Part shown: piece after piece, positions 39,221 to 53,600 of the stretch
Layout: every line of letters begins with the position of its first letter
Numbering within the stretch: the first letter of the stretch is position 1
Assembly (NCBI GenBank): GCA_964016885.1
Contig: OZ024745.1
Location: forward strand, 132,184,001-132,248,000
Length of the DNA stretch: 64,000 bases
Source of the DNA: Eledone cirrhosa
Taxonomy: Eukaryota
Reading direction: 5' to 3'
The notes under the pieces: model-generated
Told to the model about the DNA's origin: nothing
Database searches by the model: none
Seen by the model: only the letters and a program-made list of their open reading frames with translations
Made by a program: the position numbers and the translations under genes

Positions 39221-40400
39221 CTATTTTAGTTTGTGATTCGGAAAGAGATACAGCCGAGGTCTACCCACCTGGGTCGTTAGGGGGTTTGATGGTAAGATAT
39301 GCGCTATATATTCTTGTTTACACGAGCTTACAAATTCATCATTTTGTTTAACAGTTGTTCCTTTGCAAACAGCATCTGGATCGTTTCCTCCGAGCATAAA
39401 TTTCATAGACTGCGTCCTCCCGAGTAAGATTTTTGCCTAGGAAAGTATGCTCCAACTTAGATGGTAGGTAATATTGTTGCCTTGGAGGTCGCAAATATGT
39501 CCAGAAAGTGCTGTCACATGTCACCGGGCCGGGTTTCTAAATGTATGTTGGTGTTGGTAATACCGGGTCTTAAAATCGCAGGCGGTTAATCCGATGTATG
39601 CCTTGTTGGAGTTTTCTGTCCTCACGTTGCACTGGTAGACCACGTTTCGTTCTCGGCATCTGTTGTTGAGGGGACACGATGATCTATCCAGACAGTTACA
39701 CCTATCGCCACTAATATCGTTGTTGTTTCTTCTGTTGGAGAGGAGTTTTTTGTTGTCAGATAAAGCAATGTTTTGTGTAAAGTTGAGTGTAGTGCTGTAG
39801 GAAAGTTTAATAGTGTTTCTGTTGATGATATTGTGGTAGCGGTGTTGGCGTGGGAAGTCTTTATTGAGAAGTCTGAAAAATCATCCCAATTACTGTTGCA
39901 GTCTCGGTATTGTGGGGAGGGTTGAACCACGTTACGTGGCATGAGTGGCGACGTCGCCTGCTGGATCTGCTAGGAGGCCTGGATAATATGAAATGTCCTC
40001 CCGGAAGCGACTTCTTTTGAGGGCCTGGTTGTAATATGGCGTGTGTTCGTTGAAGATCTGCTCGTTTGCAGACAAGTGAGAGGGAGATATTTTTTACTAA
40101 GTTGTTGGTAATGTTCCTAGGATGGTTAGAACTGCGGTGGATATAGTGTAAATTCTCATTAGGTTTCCTATATGGGGTAGTAACAAATATTCTCCAGGTT
40201 GAATGTAACATCCAGAAAATTGACGCAGGTAAGGGACGACTGTAGGGTGATTTTGAAACTTAAATCCTGGAAGAATTTTTATGAGGTGTTTACGGATCAG
40301 GTCCGTGCTACTGGGGTTGTATCCTGTGATGGTTAGAAGCCCGTCATCTCGGTACAGAACACCGCCGAACGCAGGAAACTTTTCGAAGAGTTTATGGAGT
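39221..40400 (-). mobile_element. Decayed Penelope-like (Naiad-type) retroelement, 5'-truncated
   Basis: VLYRDDGLLT, VNFLDVTFNL, PYRKPNENLHYIHRSSNHPRNITNNLVKNISL, VTWFNPPH, KAYIGLTACDFKTRYYQH and EFVSSCK, with frameshifts; abuts (TA)n at 40400. Confidence 0.85.
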
Positions 40401-40407
40401 ATATATA

Positions 40408-40445
<38 letters not shown>

Positions 40446-41479
40446 CGATTGTAACGTCAAGTTAGTGTAGGTTCACCAGAGTTTGCACTCGATGCGCACA
40501 CACACACACGCCCCCCCCCACACACGCCCACACACGTGTTTTACAATATTTTGTCCTGTTTTAAAATAGTATCATTATACGTTTGATTTGCACGAAGGAC
40601 GAATTTATTTGAAATTTTCTGATTTCAGATTTCTGAAGCATATCTTCCAATTAATGCTGCCCTGGCTTGTTAAGATATATACGACAGTTTCCAGATAATT
40701 TAACTATGTCTCATATTTGAAAGACATTTGGATTATTGATCTTCCTGTATCAATTTTGTACGCCTATTGTTGCAAGCTGTTCAAACTTTAGTTTAGAAGA
40801 GGAAGAGACTCCTATATTAATTATAGAAACGGAGAAAAAAACCACGACACAGCAGGTGAAGCCCGTCCCATAGTCTCTCCCTCTGCTTCCATCTACCCAA
40901 ATTCACTCAAAATGCTTGGATGTTGGAGCACACTTAACCAATGAACTGAAACTAATCCAAAGCATTGTGTCATTAAGTGAAATCTTTAACTATAAACATG
41001 CCTATACCCATAAGCACACGCTTAAGATTACCATATGTGATGATATAAACAAAATAGATGATAGATAATATATTTGCAGCTTGTAGTGTTTAATACCGAG
41101 TCAACTCTGATCAAGCAAACCAAAAGCATTCAAGCCACAATTATTTAGTCTATTATTTAGTTATAATATATCCTTACAGTCTAAAGTATCTAATGTACCC
41201 TCTTTTTCAGATGGTAGGGAAGGATTTGAGAGAAATTTGGATGCAATGTTTAACATGTCACCCGGCTACGTAAAGTATTTCACGTTGGCTCAAACTTTTA
41301 GATGTAGATTGCTTCAGACCAACGTATTTTTGCTGAACGTCAACTAATGCGTCAGAAAGTATTTTTGCCGAACATGTCTTCTGCTCTTCTGTATCTCGTC
41401 ACATTTATTGATAACTTTCACCCAGTGGCGTTCTTGTGTTGTTTCTTCTGCTTCTTCTGGGTAAAGCTGAAATCTTTTC

Positions 41480-42130
41480 TATTCATATCAATATTTATGT
41501 GCGGCTTTATTACATTTCTATCTATGAACATTATTGAGGTCTTTTGTGTATCCAACAAACTATCAATATTCTCCCTTTCTTCCAATGCTAATTCAATCAC
41601 TGTCATTGCTGGGTTCACTATTTCGTTCGTGGTTTACATTTCCATTACATCGTCATTGCTCTCACAGATATCTTTCTTTGAATAACATTTCTTCTTTTCC
41701 TCACGATGATTGTAATGTACAAGTTAGATTATACGGTTCATAAAGCGGTTTCTTCTGTGGAATACCCACTCAATAATATGCCACTTATTAGGGTATTGAT
41801 ATGAAAATCAAATATAAGAATTCTTCAGGTGTTTTATCTCTGTTACATATCGTATTAAATAATTTAAGCATTAAATTCAATGCCGGATTTACTATGGACA
41901 TTTAGAAATTTAATGGAGACTATTATGTTGCTTGTTGGGCTTTTATCTATCTTTATGTGTTTCAATTCATTCCAAACTACTTCCTCTAAGACGAGATGTC
42001 CTTTCAAACTCTTTGCGATTTCGAAATTAACACTTCTTATACATGCTTTTAATAAACTCTTCCAATCTCCGGAAATTTTATTACTTTTCTAAGATGTTAA
42101 ATATCTGCCCATTCCTGATCACGTGTTGCA
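41480..42130 (-). pseudogene. Very old RTE-like reverse transcriptase fragment
   Basis: Degraded motifs EEV..ELKHIKIDKSP, KLFNTIC..TPEEF..IFISIP and IELALEERENI..LLDTQK in RT order. Confidence 0.45.
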
Positions 42131-42222
42131 CAATTCGTTCCGTGTATCATTAAAAAATTACTGGAAGAATAATGGAAGTTAAATGTGGTTTTATATGTGG
42201 GAACTTTCAAGATGAAGCAGTT

Positions 42223-42560
42223 GTTGATATCATGTGGCCACACATGTTGATATCATGTGGTCACAGATGTTAATATCATGTGGTCACACATGTTGATATC
42301 ATGTGGTCACACATGTTGATATCATGTGGTCACACATGTTGATATCATGTGGTCACATATGTTGATATCATGTGGCCAAACATATTGATATCATGTGGTC
42401 ACAGATATTGATATCATGTGGCCACATATGTTGATATCATGTGGTCACAGATGTTGATATCATGTGGTCACAGGTGTTGATATGTAGCCACACACATGTT
42501 GATATCATGTGGCCACATACATGTTGATATCATGTGGCCAGACACATGTTGATATCATGT
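42223..42560. repeat. 23-bp minisatellite (~14 copies)
   Basis: Unit GTTGATATCATGTGGTCACACAT. Confidence 0.95.
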
Positions 42561-42933
42561 CTCTGTTAACCAACAATATTTGTGAAATAAGGTATCTATG
42601 AGAATGTCTGTAGAACATAGCTAAGAGAATGTGGTCAGCCAAACAAGAAAACTTTAGTCAGCAAGAAATGAGAGACGCACAAATACACAAAATTGTTCAC
42701 AAATTACAACAGAACCAAACGAGGAAAATTTCCCTACAAAAACTGTTCATATAATTTAGGGTTGTTTAATCAAAATAATTCCTGTAAAAGAAAATATTAC
42801 ATGAAAACACAGAAATAAAATCGGAACCAAAACAGGCCACAAGCACGTGTATCGCTTTACGTGTGTGTGAGAAAAGGCATTTACTGTCTAGCCGCCCAAC
42901 GCAGTATCAATAAATTCCGGTAAAAATAAAGTA

Positions 42934-43754
42934 TATGTTTTGGTTGACGTACGTCTCCGAACATATGTGTATTTACATGTAGGTATGTGTGTGCGCTTGT
43001 TATATACATATTTATTTATTTATATACGTTTATTTAATTATATGTATACACGCACACACATATATATATATATATATGTTTTTATATATATTTTTATGTG
43101 TACTTGGTGTATACATTCGTATGCGTGCGGGTACAGGCGTTGCGTGGGTTCTGTAAGTGCGTGCGGGTTTTTTTTTTGTGTACGTGCGTGTATTTGTATA
43201 CCTAAGGCGAGTGTTTTCGCGTATGCTTGTGTATGAACGTTTATGGATGCGTGTATGTATTTATTTAATTTCAATTACCTCTGTATTTTATTTACTTTAT
43301 TCTTAACTCTGAAGCCGAGAATCATTCGGTTTCCTAGTTAGAATGTTAGTCTACGACTTCAGTTATATCATTTACGTGGTTTTGTCTTTGTGTGCAATTG
43401 TTGTTCCGCTCCACATATGACGTATTATCTTCGTTTTTTTCCGTTCATTGCCAGAGAAGGTCTCTATGAACCACCTAAGAGAATATTAGTCTACGAGTTC
43501 TTTTATACCATAAACGTGGTTTTGTCTTTGCGTGTAATTGTTTTTCACCGCTCCAAATAATGACGTATTATATTCGTTTTTTCCCGTTCTTTGCCAGGGA
43601 ACGTTTCCACGAACCAAAGTATCGTCTTCCTGTATTCCTCCGGTTGCAAAGTTTTTGAAATATTCACTTCTGATTGACTTTGTTAGTTTCAGAAAATCAT
43701 GATAAGAGTGAAAGCAGCGATTCTTTGCTTAAACTTTAATCTGTTATTTTAATA

Positions 43755-43760
<6 letters not shown>
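42934..43760 (+). mobile_element. Solo 3' UTR/pseudo-LTR of the Naiad-type PLE family
   Basis: Reverse-complement homology to 54730-55470, including the terminus ..CTTAAACTTTAATCTGTTATTTTAATAAA followed by (TA)n. Confidence 0.85.
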
Positions 43761-43794
<34 letters not shown>

Positions 43795-43868
43795 AATAGC
43801 TGTCACTGAAATATATATAGCAGCTAATATATAATAAACGAAGCCAAATTTAACATGTTTGACTTACT

Positions 43869-43909
<41 letters not shown>

Positions 43910-43984
43910 GAATTGGTGCTCTGAAATAGCGATATATATGTATGAATGTATATATAGTGTATTGCAAAATACACTATATATACA

Positions 43985-44025
<41 letters not shown>

Positions 44026-44083
44026 TTCTCCATCTCTGGCTGGATCATGTTAAGAATCATCCAGTTGAGGATCTTTGCCAGAA

Positions 44084-44268
44084 ATAATTGTTTCTACTTT
44101 AGGCACAAGGCCATCAATTATCCCAGTGCATTACTGGTACTTTATTTTATCGACCTCGTAAGGATGAAAGGCAAAGTCAACCTCGGCGGGATTTGAACTC
44201 AGATCGTAAAGGGACGTAACTATGCTGGAAAGCATGGTGTCTGACCCTCTACCGATACTGCCAATCCA
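44084..44268 (-). mobile_element. Meta-domain-like SINE
   Basis: Family motif match. Confidence 0.85.
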
Positions 44269-44269
44269 C

Positions 44270-44490
44270 AGAAATAATGTCAGTGAGATCCCCCTGTAGT
44301 TGTTGGTGTTAGAGAGATCTCCCTTCTTTAGCACTAGGACGATGTTACTGATCCTCCACTGATTCGGGCAACGCCTTTCTCCAGTGCTTGGTTACATAAC
44401 TCTAGGATGATGTCATCAAAATCACATCTCTTCATCATCTCTGATGCCGCTCCATCTTCTCCATGAGCCATACCCTCCTTGATCTTCTTT
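44270..44490 (-). mobile_element. RTE-like RT fragment
   Basis: IVLVLKKGDLSNTNNYRGISLT, the N-terminal motif of the RT domain. Confidence 0.7.
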
Positions 44491-44896
44491 TTGCGTGTAT
44501 TTGTGCATCATCAGAGACAGCACCCCGGAACCACGGATAAATTTCATGTCCCTTCCACCCAAAGTTCAAGAGCATGCGCTCTAATCTGGTTTGATGTTAT
44601 TTACACTACTGAGGTGATGTAGGCGTTGTTATATAGACATGCAATTATAGAAGTCGTGCACACGTTGAAAACCTTTGCTCAGAGTATGAATTATTGGCAA
44701 ACATGAAATTAAGTGAACAGTTCAGGGTTTCGAGCATGTATTGAAAAATGTAATGATTTCTTGATAATCATTTAATTTATTAAGATAGAGAATATGTATA
44801 AGTTCGATATCATGGTATCTATAACTATGCCAGATGTAATGCTCTGGAATCCTGTATATCGAACCGTACTTAGTGTAATCAAGGATTTGTGAATTA

Positions 44897-45110
44897 CGAG
44901 AGCTGCTGAAAAGATCCTGGCTTTGGGTAAAAGAAAACACAGATGGATCAGTTAATTATGATTTTATTCCACATATTTCTCTCTCAGATTTACACACTTA
45001 TTGCAGCAGTCCTTAAATTTTTGCAAACCCTGTAAAAAGAACTCGGAAGGTTGGGCTTCTAACCAGGCTTCTTAAATATCCTTAAAGCCAGGAACCTTTC
45101 TGCCCCCTCG
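44897..45110. mobile_element. Mariner-type MITE
   Basis: TA|CGAGAGCTGCTGAAAAGATCCTGGCTTT...AAAGCCAGGAACCTTTCTGCCCCCTCG|TA. Confidence 0.85.
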
Positions 45111-45189
45111 TAATGTATTGTTATGCAAAACGTTTCTTTTCATATTTACTTCAAATTAGTATTAGCATTACCAGTAATATTCTGTTCCC

Positions 45190-45660
45190 TTGCATCTATC
45201 GATGTTTTTTCACCAAACACTTAATTGTAAGAAGGTTCTATTGCCTTTAATTGGTTTTTATTTCCGGCTTATTGGATGTCTTTTTTATACCCATTAGTAC
45301 TCTCTGCATTAAAATGATATATCTATGGTTTATGTAAAATAACCACAGTTTCAAAGAAATTCTTTTCTGTATCAATAATTTCCAAAATCTATTGGACAGA
45401 GGCCACTCGAACATTCTTTTGTTCTCAGATCAAACTTTCTGGCACACATCTGGTAATTATCTTTTGCATACCTAGATAATCACGAAAATTGCTTTGTCTA
45501 TCATCATGATATATAGTAAAACCTGTCACCAGCCATGCGTTGACTCAATATATTCTTTCATCTCCGATCACGAGTTCTAGTTTTTGCACAATTTCACCAT
45601 TCACAACTATTGAAAAACAACGTTCATAAATTTTACGATTTATGTTCTTTATTTCTTGCC
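45190..45660 (-). pseudogene. Fossil mariner transposase fragment
   Basis: DYLGMQKIITRCVP (cf. LGMRKVSARWVP), followed by QK..RV and a degraded region around the first catalytic Asp. Confidence 0.55.
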
Positions 45661-48588
45661 ATATTAAAAAAGTTTTAACTGTGGCGCAAATGGGGAGCAA
45701 AGTCTTTCTCGAATGCACGCAACCTCTGGTGAAAACATGTAACCTTAGAATGCTTTCTAATCAACTATTTCATAATTGTTAGGTAGTTTAATTTATTTAT
45801 CTTAAAACAACTGCAATTTATTTTCAAATGATAATTTATTTAAACAAACCAATTATAACGCTAATATCATTTTGTAAATATACACGAGAATTATATTTTA
45901 CGTGCAGGTAAAAATGAATGACTGATACATGTTCTTAACAGCTACACAATTCTGGTTCATTTAAACATTAGTGATAGGTTTTGTTACAAGGATTGTGATA
46001 CAGACAGTGCCTGTTGTATTTGCTTTTGTGTTCATGTTATTTCTAGATATTCATATTTTCTAAAAATGGATACAATAGAAATGAACAAAGTAGACGTTAT
46101 TCAGAACTCCCTAGGATTTACTAGAGTTACTTGCCAGTCAATATGAAATGGATAAGGTATTTCATCGGTCGGGATTTCAAATTAGTATTTGAATGTGTTT
46201 TGCGACAGCCTCGTTTCTCATATTAAACATACTTCCTTTGGATATTAACTTCGTTTAACTCCCAAATCCTATAATATACGCACTAAGAATTATTATATAA
46301 TCTCAAAGTGAACATTATAAGAGGAAGAGAATGAACGAGTGTGACTTTCATGGCCTTTAATAAAATAAAGGAAGTTACCTGGCATAAAGAAGAAATGAGA
46401 ACTTTATAACAGATTGGTTTCCACTAGGCACTGAGCTGTTCTTTCATGCACGTGACAGGAAAACATACACACACAAAATAAAAACAATAGCTATTGCTAG
46501 AATGCTGATTATATGATAAGATATAGTATCTAGGTGAAGCCATTTTTTAATATAGGATATATGACAGACTTATAGTTTAAGGTAAATCAATGAACAATTT
46601 ATCTGCCTACGTTATCTTTCTGTCAGCATCAAAACTTTAACCATTAGATTTCGGTGAAAATTTGCAAGATCTAGAAGTTCATATGATTTAATCGGTTTAT
46701 TTACGTATGGATTTTACCACAGACATAATGTCATTTACATATTGAATGCTCCTTATCTTGTTGAAAAATATTGAAATGAATATCGAGGATGACATAATCA
46801 AACCAATTCTTCGTTTGACAATAATCGAAGAGCCAAAGTTCTATTGATTTTCTTTTAAATAATATTCTTATACCTATATCTATTTTCCTATGCTGTTGGA
46901 TAGTTATACACAATGGTGCTGTTTTATGGTGTTGTTTTGTAGCAAAGTCTCAAAGCAGTTGTAGAGCAGCGTTACTTTCAGAATTATAATGGAACAGTCA
47001 TAGAACTGAAAATCAGGCTGGAACGGTCATAAAATTGAAAATCAGGCTACACTTTTAGAATATTCCATGTTTCAACCATATTAACAATTGTGAGCTAATA
47101 AATAATTTCTTTTAGTTTTACAAGGATGACGTTTGCAGCACCGAGCTATTATATACTCCGTGAAATCAACAACAACCTATGTTAGACCCTGTCTCACAGA
47201 CGTGATGGCCATTCCTATCTTTCTGCTAATACTACATCGGCATCTGTTCCTTAGAATTGGTTGGTAATGTACTATTTCCACTTAGTAACTCCCGATTTAC
47301 TTCTCATCACCTGTATTGTATCGACTCTTTAAAGATGTTGGCCCTTTGAAGTTTCCCTTGCAAGGGATTTTCCTGTATTCACCAACTTATAGCAGTTCTG
47401 GACGTACGTTGTTTCGATTTCACTGGTCTGGTAGGTCTATGAAGACCATGAGTATTGCTTGTTTCACAAAAAAGACAAATAAAACAAGAGTTTTTACCAT
47501 GGGTACGATGTAGCACTTGATACAGGATACGAATCATCGAATTTACACAAGTTGCTTAGCCGCAACAATCGATACACACAATAACAAGCACTATAGAATG
47601 GCAGTAGCCTTATGGTGGACCGTATACACAACATCTGTTTGATTCCTTGTTGAATATTTTAAATGATCTATTTCAAATAACTGAGAATTGTTATTGTTGC
47701 TAGAAGCCTAGTTTAAAACGGAAACCACTACTGTCATATTAGGCAGTTTGTCATTGGGTGTAATTCAAGGAACCATTAATAGTCATGGCCATTTTCCATT
47801 TCATGTCACTCTGTCCTATCAGAATTATCGACAGAAAACAAATAAAAACAATGTGCAGTAGCAAGCCTCCTCTGTAGATGGAAATATACGAAGGTTTGAC
47901 ATTTCTAAGCTCAATGATTATGATGTTAGAATTAGGTTTGTCATTTCATAGTATAATGGGTCATCGTCACACTAGAAAAGTAAGTCACGTTAGTAGAGTT
48001 TGACCCCCTCATTACAACTCAACATATATGTACGTATTTAACTACAGTAGTGTAAGTACAAGGTACTTATAGTTAAATCAGTGTTAATATACTTGATGTA
48101 GTGAGAGAAAATGTTTTAACAAAATGAAAGGAAAACCTTGAACTCACTGATTCTAAAGGGAGGTAAGTACACCAACTTGGACATCTCAATTAACATTATT
48201 ATAACGCATTCGTTGAGGGGATGAAAACATTAGCAACAAGAGATAGTGCTAGTTTAATCTGATCTTTGGCACGATGACAACTCCAAACATATTTTAGCTT
48301 CATTAGATCTCTTCACTAAAACAGATTTTTCCGTACGGTTCTGTCTAGAAATAAAAGAAGCCTTACATGTATGTACAACAACGACAAGGTAATGATCGAA
48401 GGAGATTATTCACTACTAACAATAAAACAGTGAAAACATTTTAACTGGTATTTAGGAAAGGAAAACTGTTCAATGCTCAAATCTGATCAAGACAAGTAAT
48501 AGTGACAACTTTTTAATGTATGTAGCCAAGGGGAGACAACATTAGACACAAGAGATAATATTAATTCTTTCTAATATTTTCCATAAGG

Positions 48589-48975
48589 AGGGTGGTGGAT
48601 TGGCAGTATCGGTAGAGCGTCGGAAACCATGCATCGCGACATAGAGTTATGTCCCTTTACATCCCGAGTTCAAATCCCGCCGAGGTTAGCTTTGCCTTTC
48701 ATCCTTACGGGGTCGATAGCATAAAGCACCAGTAATACACTGGGGTTGATTTGGTCGACTTTCCCCTCCCCAAAAATTGTTGGCCTTGTGCCTAAATCGG
48801 AAATCAATATTTTCCACAAGGCCAGCAATTTGGGAAAAGGTGGAAGTCGATTAAATCGACCCCAGCACGTCACTGGCACTTCATGTTATCGGCCCCTGAA
48901 GGATGAATGGCAAAGTTGACCTCGGCGGGATTTGAACTCTGAACGTGAAGCGCCGGAAAAAATGCCGCAAAGCAC
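48589..48975. mobile_element. Tail-to-tail pair of Meta-domain-like SINEs (48589-48808 +, 48814-48975 -)
   Basis: Both are long-form copies that retain the GTCGATT.AATCGAC-type hairpin. Confidence 0.85.
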
Positions 48976-51900
48976 AGCCATGATGTGTGTCAGTTGTTTA
49001 TATACTGTTGAATGAAGGACAGAAAGCTTCAACTTGTTTTACAAACCATCAAAACAACTATCGGAAGCACTTACATTATTTTAGTGCCGTCTAATTTATG
49101 AAATTATCTATTAAATAAGATTTATGATTAGTAAGCAACTGTTTGACAGCTGAATTTTCCTTTCTAATTCCTACGCTCTCATAATCACATCAATTAAAAT
49201 TTTGTAGTAGATAGTTAAGCAAGTTTTGCCTAGTAAATATACAAGTATTTCTCACTTCGTTTCTGTAACTTTTCATCTCTCAAATTCGTTTTATCTCTCT
49301 ATCTTGTTTGTCTTCTTTTTTTACAGCCCTCTATCATTCTCTGTTCTGTTTTCTTTTTTTTATATTTATCCATCTTTCTTTATTTTTTGACTTTTTCTCT
49401 TTATCTTACAACTCCATCAATATTGTAAAAACGACAATAACAACCTTATAAATAATCTTTTGTCTAATAAACAGAGAATAAATGTGTGTATTCCGTTTTC
49501 TATCTATGTATATATCTATCTATAACCATCCATCTAACTCTATTACACCCACCATTTTAGTATTGTCCAGTTTTCTATGTTTCTATGTAGCCATCTTTCG
49601 CTTTAAAAAATCATCTTGAGTTTTACTGTTTCATTATCTTTCGAACAATTTCTCTTTTTCTCTTCTTCCTATCTCCCCATCTTTCTATATTTTCTTTCTA
49701 TTTTCTCTCTCCATTTTTATCCCCCCCCCCTCTCTTCCCATCTCTTTCACATCCTTCGTCTTGTTTACGTTGAAGAGATGGCAAAAATAACAATGAAACT
49801 ATATAAACAACTATTTCTCTTCTAAACAGGCAATATATATATTTGCCTGTACTTTCCTTTTCTCTTTCAATAAATACATCCATTAAGTTGTTTCTAAGTC
49901 TCTATCTAGCTATCCACCAGATTTCTTCTTGTTCAGTTGCTGGTCAGCCTATAATGGAAAATGTTCAAATCATGACGATTCTGTCTTTTATTCAGTGTAT
50001 CTTAAACTATATTATTAAATGTGCCCCAATCCTTTTCTAAGACGGTAGTGTGTAATATTCTGTTGTTGCTAATTGTAGCACATTGAATGTCATGTAGATG
50101 CTCCCTTGTTGGCTCAGCCAAAATGTGCAGAAATAACAAAAACAGTAAATATCTTATAATGAAAATAAAATTGCTTTGAAAAATGATCTACAGTACTGGA
50201 ACTTGGAGTTCATAGAATCCCCCCGCTCCCACAATCGCATATATTTTATTGCTCCTTCCACCAGCGTTAGATAAAAGGAAAAAAGTTACATCATTAGTAA
50301 TATTTGATCTCCAAGAGTCAGATATCAAATTACATGCCGAATAATATATATTGCAGATATTTACCATTTGGCACAACCATTATACTCATCAAATAAATAC
50401 CGATTAAATATTTAGGTACAAGGCTGTAAATGTTATAGAAAAGAGGAAAAAAGTACGATTGTATGATGATTATGCGTTCGTCAAGGAGATTAATGGATAA
50501 GTGAAGTGAATTGGCTTCAATCAGAACTTCTCTAATTCCTCTGCAGTTTTCAACCTCTATATAAATATATAATGATTTATCCTAATGTTATAAGACTACA
50601 TTTTCATACTAAAAAAGGCATATTCAATTGAATTTACCCCTGTACACAAATGGTTCGTATTTTACCGAGTCCTCAGGTAACTAGTTAAGAGCCTAGGAAG
50701 ATGCCACGAGGACTCTTAAAGATACAAAGGGAATTGAAACCAAAGGAATAGCGGAGAAAAAGTAATAGAATATTGCGGCCTGTGGCAAATACAATATGTT
50801 GTGTTTGCTGTTTATGTTGATATCAAAGCTTCTCTGGTTTCTGTTAATATACACTTTCAACACTAGTACAGTGGAAACTTGGTTTCGCATTTAGTCCACT
50901 GAAGTTGTACTCTACTGTCACAAAGCAAATCTGACGCTAGCTCTGAAGTCTATCGTCGAGGAATACAAGACTGGAAAAGCAAGGTTTTTGAGTATATTTG
51001 ATGACTCAAGAGACAAGATTGGGATATAAACCCAAACTGTAGACTGGCAGAGATTAGAAAATACCCTATGGTAAGAGGGATAACGAAGCACACCCAGGCC
51101 AATAGGCAGGGGCTGGGTGCAATAAAAATATAAGGGTGGTCAGAGACAAAAGGAAAGACGAGGAGCGACTTGATATTACAGGGGTGATAAAAAGAAGAGG
51201 GTGCTATTAGAATCTAGGAGGGAATACAGCAGAAAAAACGAGTGGAAACAAACAACGTAGGAAAATGTACTTTTGAGACGTTTCAGCTGAAATGGCTTGT
51301 AGCATATGGCTCCGCTTAGGACCGGCTTCATCCTCCGACCTGTTTATGTACTCCTGTTCTCGAATGAAAACCTTGTGAGATGGGGGAGTTCAGACGACCA
51401 TGAGTACCTGATCAGCCAGATCAGACAGACGGCGAGACATGTTCTGATCTCGTGCAGAATAGCGCTAACCAAATAAGATACACGTGCTGTCACAATCCAG
51501 TTTTTAAGGAGATTGTGCATGTAATAATTATTGCCAAAAGAAAAGTCCATACTACTATAATCTCCATCAAATTCTACATAGCAGGAAGCACCAAATTGTG
51601 TCATGGGTGAGCTCATCTCTATGGGGTACGTGAATGGAATCTACATGATAGAATTGATTACTTTGAGTGCATAGCAGTTACGCAAATATTGACTGAATCG
51701 AAATTAGCAATTGCATAGCATTTAAATTATCAATCCAACGAAAGATGAAAAGATTGACAAAGCTATTCCTGGTGAGATTTGAACGCAGAACGTGAAGTGA
51801 TGTATTACATACAACAAAGCAATTACTCTAAAACTTAATTTCTACCATCCACATATTCATGCAATTGAATAAGGAGATTTCATTTAGGAACACAGACCTG

Positions 51901-52409
51901 ACAATTATTCAGAAAATGGGATTAATATTCATACTTCTCACAAGAACTAAATACACTCCACATATGATGATAAACTGGAGAGCAAAGCTGGCTCACACAT
52001 TTTACTTCTTCGCCTGAAGTGTTCCCTTCCGAACTTTCTTGTTAGGTGAATAATGAAAATCTATTTAGAGTACAAGACGAGGAATTTTATACAGATTGAG
52101 TAAAAGGTGATATGGTGGAATCTTTATCTCCCTTTGAAGGCATTAATGAAATTATTGAGGTGAAACTGGTTTCAAAACAAACATGTTGGTGAAAAATATT
52201 GTTAAATCGCTTACATCTTACAGTTTAGAGAGTACTATGTATGTATGTATGTATGTACCTGTAACTCCTGAGGGAGTCGTAGAGGTTTCATATTGACATA
52301 CGGCGTTTCTAGGCCATTTTAACACCTAGCGGAGCCCATCACCTCTCCAGATTTGAATACAGCAGATTTCTTCCAGAGAAGGGCAGAGGGAGTGAGAAAG
52401 ATATATAGA

Positions 52410-52572
52410 GGACGAATCGACCCCAGTACTAGACTGGTAATTTTTTTATTGACCTTCAAAGGATTAAAGACAAAGTTGACCCCGGTGGGATTTGAACTTC
52501 GAAAGCAGAGAGTCGATACCAATACTACAAAGCCTTCTATCCGACGTTCTAACGACTCTGCCAAGTCGCTGT
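52410..52572 (-). mobile_element. Diverged Meta-domain-like SINE
   Basis: ATCGACCCCAGTAC..CAAAGTTGACCCCGGTGGGATTTGAAC. Confidence 0.65.
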
Positions 52573-53507
52573 CTTAGACTGCACTATATTTTGCATCACA
52601 TTACTTACATTGGTTCAATGAGGCAGATCAGCACTGAAGGGATATAGTCTAGGAATATACAACAGTACATAACTGACCAAGCTGAGTCTGTTAGGTTTTG
52701 AACTGAGAATATTGCAAGATGAAATCAGTAGGAGATATTTGGGCGCTCAATTACTTTGCCGCTGTTATTGTTAATACATATTTATAATAAAGACAATGTG
52801 ACACTATGAATTTATTTGGGTTTAACATAGTATCAAAGCTGATCTGCATATGATATTTGAGAGTCACTTAGCTTTTCATCTAAGATGTACACAAATGAAA
52901 TAAATATTGGGTACAAACGACATAGAGGAAATCTCTAGTCCATTGATTAGATAGTAATACAAGGCTGGGGCTTATTTTATCGAGCAGCAGACGTATGAAC
53001 TGCAACCCAAGCAAGACTTAAATTCAGAACGTAAAGAGACGTAACTCGCCACCGTATGGCACTTTTTCGACACTACGGATTCTGCAATCCAAGGCACTTT
53101 TTGTGAAATTAAAAATAATTTCTTTTTCAAAATAAGGAAAATGACCACTCATATTTGGGAAGCTGTGTACTTAGTATAACACACTCCAGTGTATTACTGG
53201 TACTATATTATGAGCTCTTAGATAAATGCAGGACAGTCAACCTCAGACCTATCTAAATACTGCAAAACTTTTAATTTGGCACTCTACCGCTTTTACCACT
53301 GAGTGACCTCTTCAAATAAATAATGAGAATATAAAAGATTGTTATCGATTCTTCGATGTCAATACAGACATTTTGCAATAAATTTCTGAGCTGAAAATTT
53401 ATTTTTTCTGATTTATAAGGTAAAATAAAATAAAATAATGATTTAGCAATGGTTAACTCGACGTCTGTATTTATTTCAATTGTTATATACGTGTACAGTG
53501 TGTGTGC

Positions 53508-53600
53508 GTATGTATGTATGTATGTATGTATGTATGTATGTATGTATGTATGTATGTATGTATGTATGTATGTATGTATGTATGTATGTATGTATGTATG
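53508..53600. repeat. (TATG)n microsatellite
   Basis: Direct reading. Confidence 0.95.

Noticed and set aside
51270-51345. Hammerhead-like motif on the minus strand (CGGAGGA..GCTGAAACGTC)
   Set aside because: The core is mutated and no stem I pairing is visible, so it is too degenerate to call.
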